Assembly (NCBI GenBank): GCA_025465465.1
Contig: JAODND010000034.1
Coordinates: forward strand, 8,099 to 72,098
Reading direction: 5' to 3'
DNA length: 64,000 nt
Source of the DNA: Frankiales bacterium
GTDB lineage: Bacteria; Actinomycetota; Actinomycetes; Mycobacteriales; SCTD01
Shown: in pieces, positions 49,306 through 59,800 of the stretch
Layout of the letters: each line of letters begins with the position of its first letter
Position numbering within the stretch: the first letter of the stretch is position 1
Translations under genes and position numbers: made by a program
The notes under the pieces: generated by a model
The model's input: the letters and a program-made list of their open reading frames with translations, nothing else
What the model was told of the DNA's origin: nothing
Databases searched by the model: none

Positions 49306-51273
49306 CTACTTCTTCGCGGGTGCCTTCTTGGCCGGCGCCTTCTTCGCTGCGGGAGCGGCCTTGCGCGCCTTGGGGGCGCTCGACGGCACCGATGCCGGCT
49401 TGACCTCGCCCGCCTGCTTGGCCGCCTCCTCCTCGACGAGCACCCGCCGCAGCACCTTGCCGACCGTGTTGCGCGGCAGCTCGGTCCGGAACTCCACCAG
49501 CTTCGGGACCTTGTACGCCGTCAGGCTGGCCGAGCAGTGCGCGACCACGTCGTCCTCGGTGAGCTTGGCGCCGGGGGCCTTCACGACGAACGCCTTGACG
49601 GTCTCGCCGCGGTACTTGTCCGGGACACCGATGACGACAGCGTCCTGCACGCCCGCGAGCGCGAACAGCACCTCCTCCACCTCGGACGGGTAGATGTTGA
49701 AGCCGCCCGCGATGATGAGCTCCTTCTTGCGGTCGACGACGAAGAAGTAGCCGTCCTCATCCATCACCGCGACATCGCCTGTGAGCACATAGCCGTCGCG
49801 GGTGAAGACGCCGGTCTGGTCCGTACGACCCCAGTAGCCCGAGAACACCTGCGGGCCGGCGATCGCGAGCTCGCCCGGCTGGCCGACCGGGACCTCCTTG
49901 GACGGGTCGTCCTGGTCGACGATCTTCACCGACGTGCCGGGGAGCGGCAGTCCGATGGAGCCGGGCTTGCCCAGGCCGTCGGTCGGGTTGGCGTGCGTCG
50001 AAGGCGAGGTCTCGGTCATGCCGTAGCCCTCGATGAGGGTCGCGCCGGAGACGCGGCTGAAGTGCTCGGCGATCTCGACCGGCAGCTTCATGGCACCGGA
50101 GACGCAGAGCCGGATGCTCTTCAGGTCGGTGGTGCGCGCCTTCGGGTGGTCCGCGATCGCCTTGTACATAGGGGGAACCGCCGGAAACAGCGTCGGCTTC
50201 CACTCCGCGATCGTGCTGAAGACGAGGTCGAGGTCCCACTTGGGAATCAGCACCAGGGTGCCGCCCAGCAGGATCGTGTTGGTCATCGCGACGGTGAGGC
50301 CGTAGGCGTGGAACAGCGGGATCGCGGCCAGGGTGATCTCCGTGCCGCCCTTCGCCTCGATGTCCCAGAGCCGGTTCATGTAGGCGTTGCTCACCAGGTT
50401 GCCGTGGCTGAGCATCGCCCCCTTCGCCAGGCCGGTGGTTCCGCCGGTGTACTGCAACAGGGCGAGGTCGGAGGACTCGACCGGCTCCTGGCGGGTGACG
50501 GGCGTGGCCGACTTCATGATGGCCGTGAAGTCCTTCACCGCGGCGCCTCGCGGCAGGACTGCCGACAGCTCGGCGCGCGTCCGCTTCGCCTTCTTCAGCG
50601 GCAGCCGCAGCTGGAGCTGCTTGGTGCGCGGCAGCCAGTCCGTGAGGGAGGTCGTCACGATGGTCTCGACGGCCGTGTCCTTCTGCACCTTCGCGACCCT
50701 GTCGTAGACCCGGTCGAGGCAGACCACGACCTTGGCACCGCAGTCCGCGAGCTGGTGGGCGAGCTCGGGCTCGGTGTAGAGCGGGTTGTGCTCGACGACG
50801 ACGGCACCGAGGCGCATCGCGGCGAACAGCGCGATCACGTTCTGCGGGCAGTTCGGCAGCACGAGCGCGACCCGGTCGCCCTTGGTCACGCCGAGCGCCT
50901 GCAGGGCGCCGGCGAAGCGGTCGACGTGGTCCTTGAGCTGCTTGTACGACGTCTTCGCACCGAGGAACGCCAGCGCGACGTGCGTGGGGTAGGAGGTGGC
51001 AGCGTCATCGAGCAACCGGGTCAGCGGGGTCGTCGGGAACAGGTAGGTGGTCGGCACGCCCTTCGGGTAGTGCGCGATCCACGGCTGGTCGCCGTACCTG
51101 GTCGCGGCCTTCTTGGCGGGAGCCTTCTTGGCCGGCGCCTTCGCGGCCGGCGCCTTCGCGGCGGGAGCCTTCTTGACCGGGGCCTTCTTGACCGGGGCCT
51201 TCTTGACCGGCGCCTTCTTGGCGGGAGCCTTCGCGGCGGGGGTCTTCTTGGTGGACGGGCTGGGGCCGGGCAC
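49306..51273 (-). CDS. long-chain fatty acid--CoA ligase with Lys/Ala/Pro-rich tails
   Basis: [36 protein letters not shown] 51273 after GGAGAGG. Confidence 0.93.
   Translation of the reverse strand: MPGPSPSTKKTPAAKAPAKKAPVKKAPVKKAPVKKAPAAKAPAAKAPAKKAPAKKAATRYGDQPWIAHYPKGVPTTYLFPTTPLTRLLDDAATSYPTHVALAFLGAKTSYKQLKDHVDRFAGALQALGVTKGDRVALVLPNCPQNVIALFAAMRLGAVVVEHNPLYTEPELAHQLADCGAKVVVCLDRVYDRVAKVQKDTAVETIVTTSLTDWLPRTKQLQLRLPLKKAKRTRAELSAVLPRGAAVKDFTAIMKSATPVTRQEPVESSDLALLQYTGGTTGLAKGAMLSHGNLVSNAYMNRLWDIEAKGGTEITLAAIPLFHAYGLTVAMTNTILLGGTLVLIPKWDLDLVFSTIAEWKPTLFPAVPPMYKAIADHPKARTTDLKSIRLCVSGAMKLPVEIAEHFSRVSGATLIEGYGMTETSPSTHANPTDGLGKPGSIGLPLPGTSVKIVDQDDPSKEVPVGQPGELAIAGPQVFSGYWGRTDQTGVFTRDGYVLTGDVAVMDEDGYFFVVDRKKELIIAGGFNIYPSEVEEVLFALAGVQDAVVIGVPDKYRGETVKAFVVKAPGAKLTEDDVVAHCSASLTAYKVPKLVEFRTELPRNTVGKVLRRVLVEEEAAKQAGEVKPASVPSSAPKARKAAPAAKKAPAKKAPAKK
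51106..51255. repeat. 10 x 15-bp imperfect coding tandem repeat ([15 protein letters not shown])
   Basis: Units such as GGCCTTCTTGACCGG in exact 15-bp phase. Confidence 0.9.
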
Positions 51274-51387
51274 GACAACGCCTCTCCGTGCACGAGGTGT
51301 GCACGTGCTACTGGACAACCGCACGACCCGGTTGCTGGTCCGGACAAGTGTGGCAGATCAGTGCTGTGGTGTGCGCCGCCGTCCGGT

Positions 51388-51555
51388 CTACCCGGAGCCG
51401 CCGGTGACGGTGACGTCGTTCCACGGCAGCTGCGGCTCGATCCACGGGAACACCACGAGCATGAGCAGCGCCACCACCGCGGTGAGCAGCAGCAGGGTCT
51501 GCAGCAGGCGCACCACGAGCGGCCCGGGCAGGTGCCGCCAGATCCAGACGTACAT
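51388..51555 (-). CDS. small conserved actinobacterial membrane protein
   Basis: MYVWIWRHLPGP...VVFPWIEPQLPWNDVTV; TGATG coupling to the sortase gene. Confidence 0.85.
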   Translation of the reverse strand: MYVWIWRHLPGPLVVRLLQTLLLLTAVVALLMLVVFPWIEPQLPWNDVTVTGGSG

Positions 51556-52244
51556 CAGCCGGTCACCACCCTCGCGAGCGCGGGCGGTACGACGCCGGGC
51601 TGCTTGGCGAGCGGAGTCGACAGGACGGCGTGCACGATGAGCCGGTTCTGGGCGGAGTACTTCGGGTTGCACGTCGTGAGGGTGAGCAGCCGCTTGGTCG
51701 GCCGCTCTCCCAGGTGCCCCGGGACCGGGTAGGTCACCTCCACCGCAGTCGGCTTCACGATCGTCTCGGCGGTGACGGTGTAGGTGTACCAGAAGGTCTG
51801 CGTCTCCAGGACGATCGCGTCACCGGGACGCAGCTCGTCGACCCGGTTGAAGGGCGCGAGGTAGGTCGTGCGGTGGCCACTGATGACGACGTTGCCGACC
51901 GCGCCGATCCGGGCACTCGTCGGGTAGTGGCCAGGCCCCTTCTTGAGGTCCTCGCGGCCGACGCCCTGGACCACGACGTAGTGGACGTCCTTGCCGAGCG
52001 TCGGAAACCAGATCCGCGCGATGCCCTTGCCGACCTGGTAGGGCAGCGGGTGGCGCGGGTCCGGAGCCGGCGCCTGGGCCCAGGTGCGATCGAGCCCCCG
52101 ACCGAGGTCGTGCTGCTGCCGCTCGGTGTAGAGACCGGTGACCCACAGCTCGTAGCCGCAGAACAGCAGGACCACGACACCGAGCGTGATGAGCGCCTGC
52201 CCGATCCCACGGGCGTACCAGCGCACGCGCTCAGCGGTGGTCAC
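51555..52244 (-). CDS. class E sortase
   Basis: LKKGPGHYP, SGHRTTY, LTLTTCNPKYSAQNRL. Confidence 0.93.
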   Translation of the reverse strand: MTTAERVRWYARGIGQALITLGVVVLLFCGYELWVTGLYTERQQHDLGRGLDRTWAQAPAPDPRHPLPYQVGKGIARIWFPTLGKDVHYVVVQGVGREDLKKGPGHYPTSARIGAVGNVVISGHRTTYLAPFNRVDELRPGDAIVLETQTFWYTYTVTAETIVKPTAVEVTYPVPGHLGERPTKRLLTLTTCNPKYSAQNRLIVHAVLSTPLAKQPGVVPPALARVVTG

Positions 52245-52984
52245 CCGGAGCCGGTCGTGGTCGGCAGGTCGAGCGTGCCGTCATAGGCAGGCAGGTGCAG
52301 CTGCCGCTCCGTGACCAGGTCGAAGCGCAGGCCGTAGTCGTCGACGTAGTGCTGGAACAGCGCGACGCCCGGCTCGACCTGGAGAGCGGCGCGCATGCCC
52401 GCCGCGTCGCCGATCGCCTTGATGACGAACGGCGGACCGATGAGCCTGCCCTGGACCAGCAGCGTGTTGCCGACGCACCGGACCGCGCTGGTGGACACGA
52501 TCCGCTCGCCCATGAGCGTCATCGCCTCCGCACCCCCCGACCAGAGCGCGTTGAGCACCGACTGGACATCTTGCTGGTGCACCACGAGGTCGTCGGGATT
52601 GTCGCTGGCAGGTGCCTCACCGGGCTTGCGGGGCGGGGCGTCGTCGAGGCTCACCGTGAGGCCGGGTCCGCGCACGGCCACCAGGCCCGCGCTGCCGAGC
52701 CACTGGTCGCCGCGCGCCTTCTCGGCTGCGACCGTCGAGGAGCCCGAGGCGGCCCCCTGGGTGGCCGCCGCTACCTCCCGGCGCAGGACCGCGGCCTGCT
52801 GCTCCTGCTTGCTCACGCTCTTGCTCGACGCGTCGATCAGGCTGGTCAGGTCGGAGAAGCGCCCGCCGCGCAGGTCGGTTCCCTGCGCGGTGTGCGCGCT
52901 CGCCGCGAACAGCAGCCCGGCCAGGAGCGCCGTCACCGGCACCAGCACCCGCCACGCCCGCGCGCGCGTCTCGGGAGTGGTCAC
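52241..52984 (-). CDS. DUF881 family protein
   Basis: GPGLTVSLDDAP, VVHQQDVQSVLNALWSGGAEAM, RCVGNTL. Confidence 0.93.
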   Translation of the reverse strand: MTTPETRARAWRVLVPVTALLAGLLFAASAHTAQGTDLRGGRFSDLTSLIDASSKSVSKQEQQAAVLRREVAAATQGAASGSSTVAAEKARGDQWLGSAGLVAVRGPGLTVSLDDAPPRKPGEAPASDNPDDLVVHQQDVQSVLNALWSGGAEAMTLMGERIVSTSAVRCVGNTLLVQGRLIGPPFVIKAIGDAAGMRAALQVEPGVALFQHYVDDYGLRFDLVTERQLHLPAYDGTLDLPTTTGSG

Positions 52985-53027
52985 TCCGATACGCTAACCC
53001 GACCAGCCGTGCCAGGAGGTCGACGTC

Positions 53028-53285
53028 GTGCCCGAGTCCAAGAAGCGGAAGAAGTCGGTCTACGTGCCGCCTCCGACCCCAGCCGCCTCGCGGAAGAAGG
53101 GGCCGAGCCCGGTCTGGGTGCCCGCCCTCATGCTCGCGCTCATGCTGATCGGTGTGGCCTGGCTGGTCGTCTTCTACATGGCCAGCACCTCGATGCCGCT
53201 CGTCGGTGACCTCGGCAACTACAACCTGCTGATCGGCTTCGGGTTCATCGTGGCGGGGTTCGCGATGTCCACCCAGTGGCGCTGA
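53028..53285 (+). CDS. crgA: cell division protein CrgA
   Basis: MPESKKRKK, SPVW, two TMs, TQWR end; AGGAGG RBS. Confidence 0.95.
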   Translation: MPESKKRKKSVYVPPPTPAASRKKGPSPVWVPALMLALMLIGVAWLVVFYMASTSMPLVGDLGNYNLLIGFGFIVAGFAMSTQWR

Positions 53286-53305
53286 GCCTACTTACACAGC
53301 TGTAG

Positions 53306-53337
53306 TTCTCCCCAGGAGTTACCCACAGTGTGGAAAC
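53306..53337. promoter_or_regulatory. cluster of imperfect DnaA-box-like 9-mers
   Basis: TTCTCCCCA (53306), TTACCCACA (53319), TGTGGAAAC (53329). Confidence 0.45.
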
Positions 53338-53705
53338 CCGCTCGCGGTTGGGGCTGGGGTCAGCTCACCCTCGCCGCCGTGCTCATCGCGGGGCTGTTCG
53401 GCGTCGACCGGCTGAGCTGGGTGATCCTGCTGCCCGTCGCTGTGGGCACTGCGGCATCAGGCCTGCGCGACCTGCTGCTCAGCCCGGTCCTCACGGCCGA
53501 CGCGGACGGCCTGCTGGTCGTCGACGGGGTACGGCGGGTGCGCGCGGGCTGGTCTGAGGTCGAGCGACTCCGGACGGTGCAGGACCGGCGCACCCCGCTG
53601 CTCGAGCTCGACCTCGGTGACCGGGTCGTGGTTCTCACAAGCCGCCGCCTCGGCGCCCCCGTGGACGAGGTGCTCGCAGCGCTGGAGGAGCTGCGGCTCA
53701 GCTGA
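53328..53705 (+). CDS. bacterial PH-domain membrane protein
   Basis: Two TMs, RDLLLSPVLTADADGL, LLELD, LGAPVDEV; conserved position after crgA. Confidence 0.8.
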   Translation: MWKPARGWGWGQLTLAAVLIAGLFGVDRLSWVILLPVAVGTAASGLRDLLLSPVLTADADGLLVVDGVRRVRAGWSEVERLRTVQDRRTPLLELDLGDRVVVLTSRRLGAPVDEVLAALEELRLS

Positions 53706-54600
53706 GCTGGGCGGTCCTGGCCGCGACCATCGCTGCAATGACCAGTGCGACCACGACGCCGCCGGCCGCCTGGTAGCCACTGCGCTGCAAGCTGTCGGGC
53801 TTGCTGTTCGGCGCAGTGACGATCACCCACGACAGGGCTGCCCCCGTGACGAGGCCGCCCACGTGGCCGCGCCAGTCGATGCCGGACAGCGAGAAGCTGA
53901 GGAACAGGTTCAGCGCGATGGTGGTCGTGATCGAGGTGACGTCGAGGTTGCGCTTGCGGCCGAAGACATACCACGCGCCGAACAGCCCGAAGACCGCGCC
54001 GGACGCGCCGGCGGCCAGCTCGTACTGCGGGCCGAAGGCGTACGACAGGGCGGCGCCGCCGAGTCCCGACAGGAGGTAGGTCGCCGCGAAGCGCAGCTGG
54101 CCGAACGCCTGCTCCAGCGCGGGGCCCAACATGTAGAGGGCCACCATGTTCAGGGCGAGGTGGATGATCCCGAAGTGCAGGAAGGTCGAGGTCAGCAGCC
54201 GGTAGTACTGACCGTCCGCGACCCCGTGCTGCACGACCTGGGCGCCGTTGGCGTCGGTGTAGGAGTAGCCGTGCGGGACGAGGGCCAGCTTGCGGAAGAC
54301 CGCGTTGTTGACGTCCCCGTTCAGGATGCCTGAGCCGCTCGTCGTGGCCACCAGCATGATCACGTTGATCGCGATCAGCGTGTAGGTCACATACGGGACG
54401 CTGCGCGCCCGCCCCCCGTACGCCGCCTTGACGGAACGCAGGGTCTTGCCGCCCGCCTTGACGCAGTCCGGGCACTGGAAGCCGACCGAGGCCTCCCGCA
54501 TGCACTCAGGGCAGATCGGGTTGCCGCATCGCGTGCAGCTGACGTAGGTCTCCCGATCCGGGTGGCGGTAGCAGACCGGGGCTGCCTGCTGCTCGCTCAG
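53698..54600 (-). CDS. rhomboid intramembrane protease with N-terminal B-box-like Zn finger
   Basis: CYRHP...CTRC...[15 protein letters not shown]...HLALNM, GASG, HVGG; start inferred at CTG 54600. Confidence 0.92.
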   Translation of the reverse strand: MSEQQAAPVCYRHPDRETYVSCTRCGNPICPECMREASVGFQCPDCVKAGGKTLRSVKAAYGGRARSVPYVTYTLIAINVIMLVATTSGSGILNGDVNNAVFRKLALVPHGYSYTDANGAQVVQHGVADGQYYRLLTSTFLHFGIIHLALNMVALYMLGPALEQAFGQLRFAATYLLSGLGGAALSYAFGPQYELAAGASGAVFGLFGAWYVFGRKRNLDVTSITTTIALNLFLSFSLSGIDWRGHVGGLVTGAALSWVIVTAPNSKPDSLQRSGYQAAGGVVVALVIAAMVAARTAQLS

Positions 54601-55127
54601 CTGTCGACCTGCTCGATCGTGATGCTGTCGATGACAACCTCGTCCCTGGGACGGTCCATGGCACCGACGGGCGTCTTGGCGATCGCGTCGACGACGTCGC
54701 GGCCGGCCTGGTCCGCGACCTCGCCAAAGATCGTGTGCTTGGTGTTGAGCCACGGCGTGGCGGCCACGGTCACGAAGAACTGCGAGCCGTTGGTGCCGGG
54801 ACCGGCGTTGGCCATCGCCAGCAGGTAGGGCTTGGAGAACTGCAGCTCCGGGTGGATCTCGTCGTTGAAGCGGTAGCCGGGGCCACCGGTGCCGGTGCCG
54901 AGCGGGTCGCCGCCCTGGATCATGAAGCCGTCGATGACCCGGTGGAACGCCGTGCCGGCGTAGAGCGAGCCCTCGCCCTTCGCGCCGGTGCGCGGGTCGG
55001 TCCACTCCCCGGTGCCGTCGGCCAGGCCCACGAAGTTCTTCACCGTCTTCGGGGCGTGGTCCGGGAACAGCCGCACACGGATGTCACCGCGGTTGGTGGA
55101 GAGGGTGGCAAACAGCTCGGTGGCCAC
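54597..55127 (-). CDS. ppiA: cyclophilin-type peptidyl-prolyl isomerase
   Basis: [43 protein letters not shown]; alternative ATG at 55139. Confidence 0.96.
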   Translation of the reverse strand: MATELFATLSTNRGDIRVRLFPDHAPKTVKNFVGLADGTGEWTDPRTGAKGEGSLYAGTAFHRVIDGFMIQGGDPLGTGTGGPGYRFNDEIHPELQFSKPYLLAMANAGPGTNGSQFFVTVAATPWLNTKHTIFGEVADQAGRDVVDAIAKTPVGAMDRPRDEVVIDSITIEQVDS

Positions 55128-55166
55128 AAGGGCTCCCATCGGTGTCGGGGTCAGACCCGGATCACT

Positions 55167-56840
55167 CTAGGAGGGTTCCGAACCGCGGGGCGTCGGGGTG
55201 ACGACGTCCGCGTCGTCGCTGCCCGCCGGCCTGCCCAGGCGCTGGCTCACGGCCCGCCGCAGCAGCGCGTCGACCTGAGCCTCCGGTGGCACTCCCTCGC
55301 TGACCGACGTGCGGTCTCGACCGGCGTGCTTGGAGCGGTAGAGCGCCTCGTCCGCGGCGCGCACCAGGGTGTCGGCGTCTCCTGCGTGCGACGGGTAGGT
55401 CGCGACGCCGGCGGACGCGGTGATCGGGACGATCGAGGGGGCGGCACCGACGGCGCGGCGCAGCCGTTCGGCGATGTCCAGCGCCTCGTCCGGGCCGCAG
55501 CCGGGCAGGATGACGGCGAACTCCTCACCGCCGTAGCGGGCTGGGGTGTCGAAGTCACGGCACTCGCAGGACAGCGAGGCCGCGACGTTGCGCAGCACTT
55601 CGTCACCTGCCTGGTGCCCGTGGGTGTCGTTCAGCCCCTTGAAGTGGTCGATGTCGACCATCACGAGGCTGACGTGCTCGGCGCTGCGGGTCGCACGGGC
55701 GACCTCCCGCTCCAGGGTGGCCTCAAAGGTGCGGCGGTTGGCGATCTTGGTGAGGCCGTCGGTCGCGGCAAGGCGTTGCACCTGCTCGAGCAGCCAGGCG
55801 TTGCGCAGGGCGAGCGCGGCATAGGAGGCGGAGCGCTCGAGGCCGGTGACGACGCGGCGCTGGATGCGGTGGCCGCCGGTGTGCTCGACGACGAGGGCAC
55901 CGAGCGAACGGCCCTCGGCCGACAGTGGGACGACCACGAGGTTGGCGGCGCCCGGGAGCAGCCGGGCCAGCCACGGGTCAGCCTCGGTGTCGAGACCGCG
56001 GACGAGCACCGTGGCCTTCGACTCGTGCGCCTGACCGACGACCAGCGACGGGCCCGGCCGTCCGGGACGGCGGGCCACGTCCTCGTCGAGGCCATAGGAC
56101 GCGAGCACCGGCAGGTGGCCTTCGGAGCTCGCCAGGACGACACCGCGCGGGAAGCCGTAGGTGGTGACGGCGGCGTCGAGCAGGGTCCGGGCGACCGAGC
56201 TCGAGTCGTCCGTGCGCTCGATCTGCTCTGCGAGGCTGGTCAAGGCCTCGAGGTCACCGCGGCGCCGGCGCAGCTCGCGTTCGTTGATCGCGGACAGCGT
56301 GCTGGTGGAGAACGCGACCAGCCACAGCACGACGATGAAGATGGCCAGCCTGTGGTCGGCCGAGCCGTAGCCGGTGAGGTTGGCGGGGGACGTGTCGCTC
56401 AGCACATGGCCCGCGACCATGTTGCGGATCGTGAAGAGCAGCAGCGAGTGCCAGACGGCCAGCTTGATGCCGGTGCGGTAGGACGCCAGCAGGCAGACGG
56501 CTCCGAGGTGCAGCAGCATCGCGTAGCGCAGCGGGCTGGTGGTGCTGCCGGTGAGCCAGCTGGCGCCGGCGAGCCATACCCCGTCGACCATCAGCATGCC
56601 GCTGAACAGCAGCAGCGTCCGGCGAGGCAGCGTACGCGCGAGCACCTCTGCGATCCCGGTGAGGCAGAGGAAGCCGAGCGTCCACGGCACGAGGTCGTGC
56701 CGGTCGGGCAGCAGCGTGTCCGGCGCGAGCAGCTTGCACAGCAGCACCAGACCCACGGCACCGAGCCGCAGCCACTGGGTGATCCGGAAGCGCTCGGTGA
56801 CCGGAACGGCATCGCCGGGCAGGGTCGCGACACGGGTCAT
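55167..56840 (-). CDS. membrane-bound GAF-GGDEF diguanylate cyclase
   Basis: Multi-TM N-terminus, GAF-like region, TDGLTKIANRR, DIDHFK, NDTHGHQAGD, RDFD I-site, GGEEF. Confidence 0.95.
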   Translation of the reverse strand: MTRVATLPGDAVPVTERFRITQWLRLGAVGLVLLCKLLAPDTLLPDRHDLVPWTLGFLCLTGIAEVLARTLPRRTLLLFSGMLMVDGVWLAGASWLTGSTTSPLRYAMLLHLGAVCLLASYRTGIKLAVWHSLLLFTIRNMVAGHVLSDTSPANLTGYGSADHRLAIFIVVLWLVAFSTSTLSAINERELRRRRGDLEALTSLAEQIERTDDSSSVARTLLDAAVTTYGFPRGVVLASSEGHLPVLASYGLDEDVARRPGRPGPSLVVGQAHESKATVLVRGLDTEADPWLARLLPGAANLVVVPLSAEGRSLGALVVEHTGGHRIQRRVVTGLERSASYAALALRNAWLLEQVQRLAATDGLTKIANRRTFEATLEREVARATRSAEHVSLVMVDIDHFKGLNDTHGHQAGDEVLRNVAASLSCECRDFDTPARYGGEEFAVILPGCGPDEALDIAERLRRAVGAAPSIVPITASAGVATYPSHAGDADTLVRAADEALYRSKHAGRDRTSVSEGVPPEAQVDALLRRAVSQRLGRPAGSDDADVVTPTPRGSEPS

Positions 56841-59800
56841 GCCGGGGCACCTCCTCCCAGGTGGAGGACCGGACCGAAGTCGAGCTCCGGCTCCGCTCCG
56901 ACGGGCGCCGACGCGAGCTTGGGGTCACGTCGGTCGATGCGGTTCTGCAGCAGGAGGAAGCCAATCACGACGCCGAGCACGACGAGGGGGATCGTGGGTT
57001 TCCGTGCCACCTGAGCCAGCGTGTTGCCGATCGCCTGCGGCACCTCCTTGGTGATGAGAGCGCCGGGGGTGGGCACGGTGAGCATCCGGTCGACAGCCCG
57101 CTTCACCGGTCCGCTCGTTCCCTGATGCGCGGGTACGAGGCCGGAGCCCGCGGGAGGCTGGGTCGGGTGGACGGGCGGCGGTGTGCTGACTCCCGGCAGG
57201 CCGGTCGATGGCGTACCCGGCTTTCCGACGTGGTGCACCACCGTCGGGGGGGTGACCGACGACGCGCGGTAGTCGTAGGGGGTGCTGCGGGTGAAGGGCC
57301 CCTCGTCGCCCCGGGTGTTGATCAGCTGGACCGTCAGGAAGTACAGCCCGTGCGGCTGGGACGACAGGTCGGCCGTGAAGCGGCCGGACGAGCAGGATGC
57401 CTGCGCGAGCACGGCCTCGCCCGCGTTGGAGAGCAGACAGGCTGCCGTGTAGGACGGGGGCACCGTGAAGGTCCAGGTGGGACGGGTGCCCGGACCGGAC
57501 GCCGGCGTCCTGAGATCGGTGACGGCGGGGACGGGCGAGACGAACGTGTAGCGCGACGAGACGGGCGTCGCCCGGTTCCCCGCGGGATCCACGGCCCAGA
57601 CCCACAGCAGCCACGTCCCTGTCTGGGTGAGCAGTTCCGTGTGCGGGGAGCGGCAGCTCTTCGACGCAGCATCCGACGGAGCCACGCCCCCCTTAGTGAG
57701 CTGGCAGCGGAAGCTGGTGCCTGCGGCACTGAGCGGTCCGCTCGTCAGCGAACCGGAGCGCAGCGCGGTGCTGGGCTCGCCGAAGGTCCAGGTCACCCGG
57801 GGAGTCGTCCCCACATCGGCGGCGAGCGGGCGGATCTGTGCCGGAGCTGGCGGGATGCTGTCGAAGAAGTACGACGCCATCGCGGTCCCACTGACGTTGC
57901 CGGCGGCGTCCTGGCCCTGCACCGAGAGGGACACCGCGCCCTGCGAGCGGGGCGCCATCCCCACCAGCGCGACGGTGTTGCTGCCCAGTGCGCAGGGGGA
58001 CGCGGTGGCCGGCTTGCCGTCGAAGCGGGTGACGGAGCAGGTCAGGCCCACGATGTCCTTGCTGCCTGCGCCCTCGGCGATGCGAAACACCGGGCTGGTG
58101 GAGTTGCCCGGCGACTTCAGCGGCGGGCTGACCTCCGGGGGGACAGGGGCGTTGCTGTCCAGCAGGTACGGCGGCGCGGACACCGGAGCCGACACGTTGC
58201 CGGCCGGGTCGGTCTCACGAGCCTGCAGGGTGTAGGAGCCGGAGGTCGCCGGCGCGAGGTCGTAGGTCACCGGGGCAGCGCAGGGCGCCCAGCTCGAACC
58301 GGGCAGTCCCACGAGCCGGCACTCGAGCAGGTCGCCCGGCTCGCTCACTTCGACACCCCACACCGGCGTGACGACCGGACCGGGTGAACCCGGGGTCTTC
58401 GTGATGAGCGGCGCGCCGGGGGCGGTGCGGTCGACGATGTAGTCGGCGGTCACGAGCGGACCGAGGTTGCCCGCGGCGTCCTGCGCGCGAACCGTGAGTG
58501 AGTACGTGCCGTCGGGCTGCTGGCCGAGGTCGGTGACGAGCGGCGAGCTGCAGGGCTGCTCAGCGGTGACGGCACCGGAGATCGACAGCAGCTGGCACAG
58601 CGCCGTGCTGCCGCCCTCGACGGCGAAGGACCACGTCACACTCCCGGCGTTGCTCGGTGACGGGGTGAGGGCCCGCAGCCCCGTCGGCGCGGCCGGCGCG
58701 AGAGTGTCGAGCACATAGGCACTCGAGACGCTCGGGCCGAGGTTGCCGGACGCGTCGCGGGCGCGGACGATCAGCACATAGGTCCCGTCGTTCGCGGACG
58801 TGAGGTCGGCGGTGAAGCTGCCCTGCCCGTTGGCCGACCCCGGGCACGTGGCAAACGCCGGCGGCGAGGCGGGGTCGGTCTGGAAGGCACACTCGAGCGT
58901 GCTGTCGGTGTCACCGATGAGGGTCCAGGTCACGACCCGCGCCGCTGCCGGTGTCCGCGGTGCCGTGACGACGACGGCGCTGGGCGCGGTCGTGTCGAGG
59001 ACGTATGCGGTCGACGTCGCGGAGGTCTTGTTGCCGGCGGCGTCCGACACCTGGACGGTCAGCGTGTAGCTGCCGTCCGTCAGCCCGGTGAGGTCGACGC
59101 CGAAGGGCGCTCCGGAGGGCGGCGCGGAGCAGCTGACCGGCGCGGCGACGGCGCCACCGGGTCCGTTGAGGGTGCACACGGCCGTCACACCCGGCTCGTC
59201 GTCGCTGACCGTCCACGTCGGCTGGAGGCCCTTCGACGGCGACGCGGGCGTGAGCATCGTCGCCGCCACCGGCGCCGCGCGGTCGAGCACATAGCTGCTG
59301 GTGGCGACGGCCGACAGGTTGCCCGCTGCGTCCACGGTCCGCGCGGTGAGGGTGTAAGTGCCGTCGGGTCCTGTCAGCGACGTGCTGAAGCCCGATGTGC
59401 AGTCGGTCCAGTCGACGAGGACGGTGCCGCCGAAGGTCAGCTGGCACTGCACCGTGCCCTCCGCGGTGCTGACCCCCCAGGCGGGCGCAGTGCTCTGGCT
59501 CGGGGAGCTGGGCGGTGTCAGCGTCGGCGTCGCCGGGGCGGTGGTGTCGAGCACATAGGTCTCCGACAGCGCCGGCCCGGTGTTGCCGGCGGCGTCCGTT
59601 GCCGTGACCGTGAACGTGTAGGTGTCATCCGTGCTGAGCGTCGGCGCGAAGGGGCTCGTGCACGGCGCCGACACCACCTGTCCGGTGCTGGCACCGGTGA
59701 CGGTGCAGGTGGTCGTGGTGCCGGCCTCCGCCGTGAAGCCCCAGCTCGGCGAGGTGGACGGCGACGGCGAGGCGGGCGTGCTCGTCGCCACCGGTGCGGC

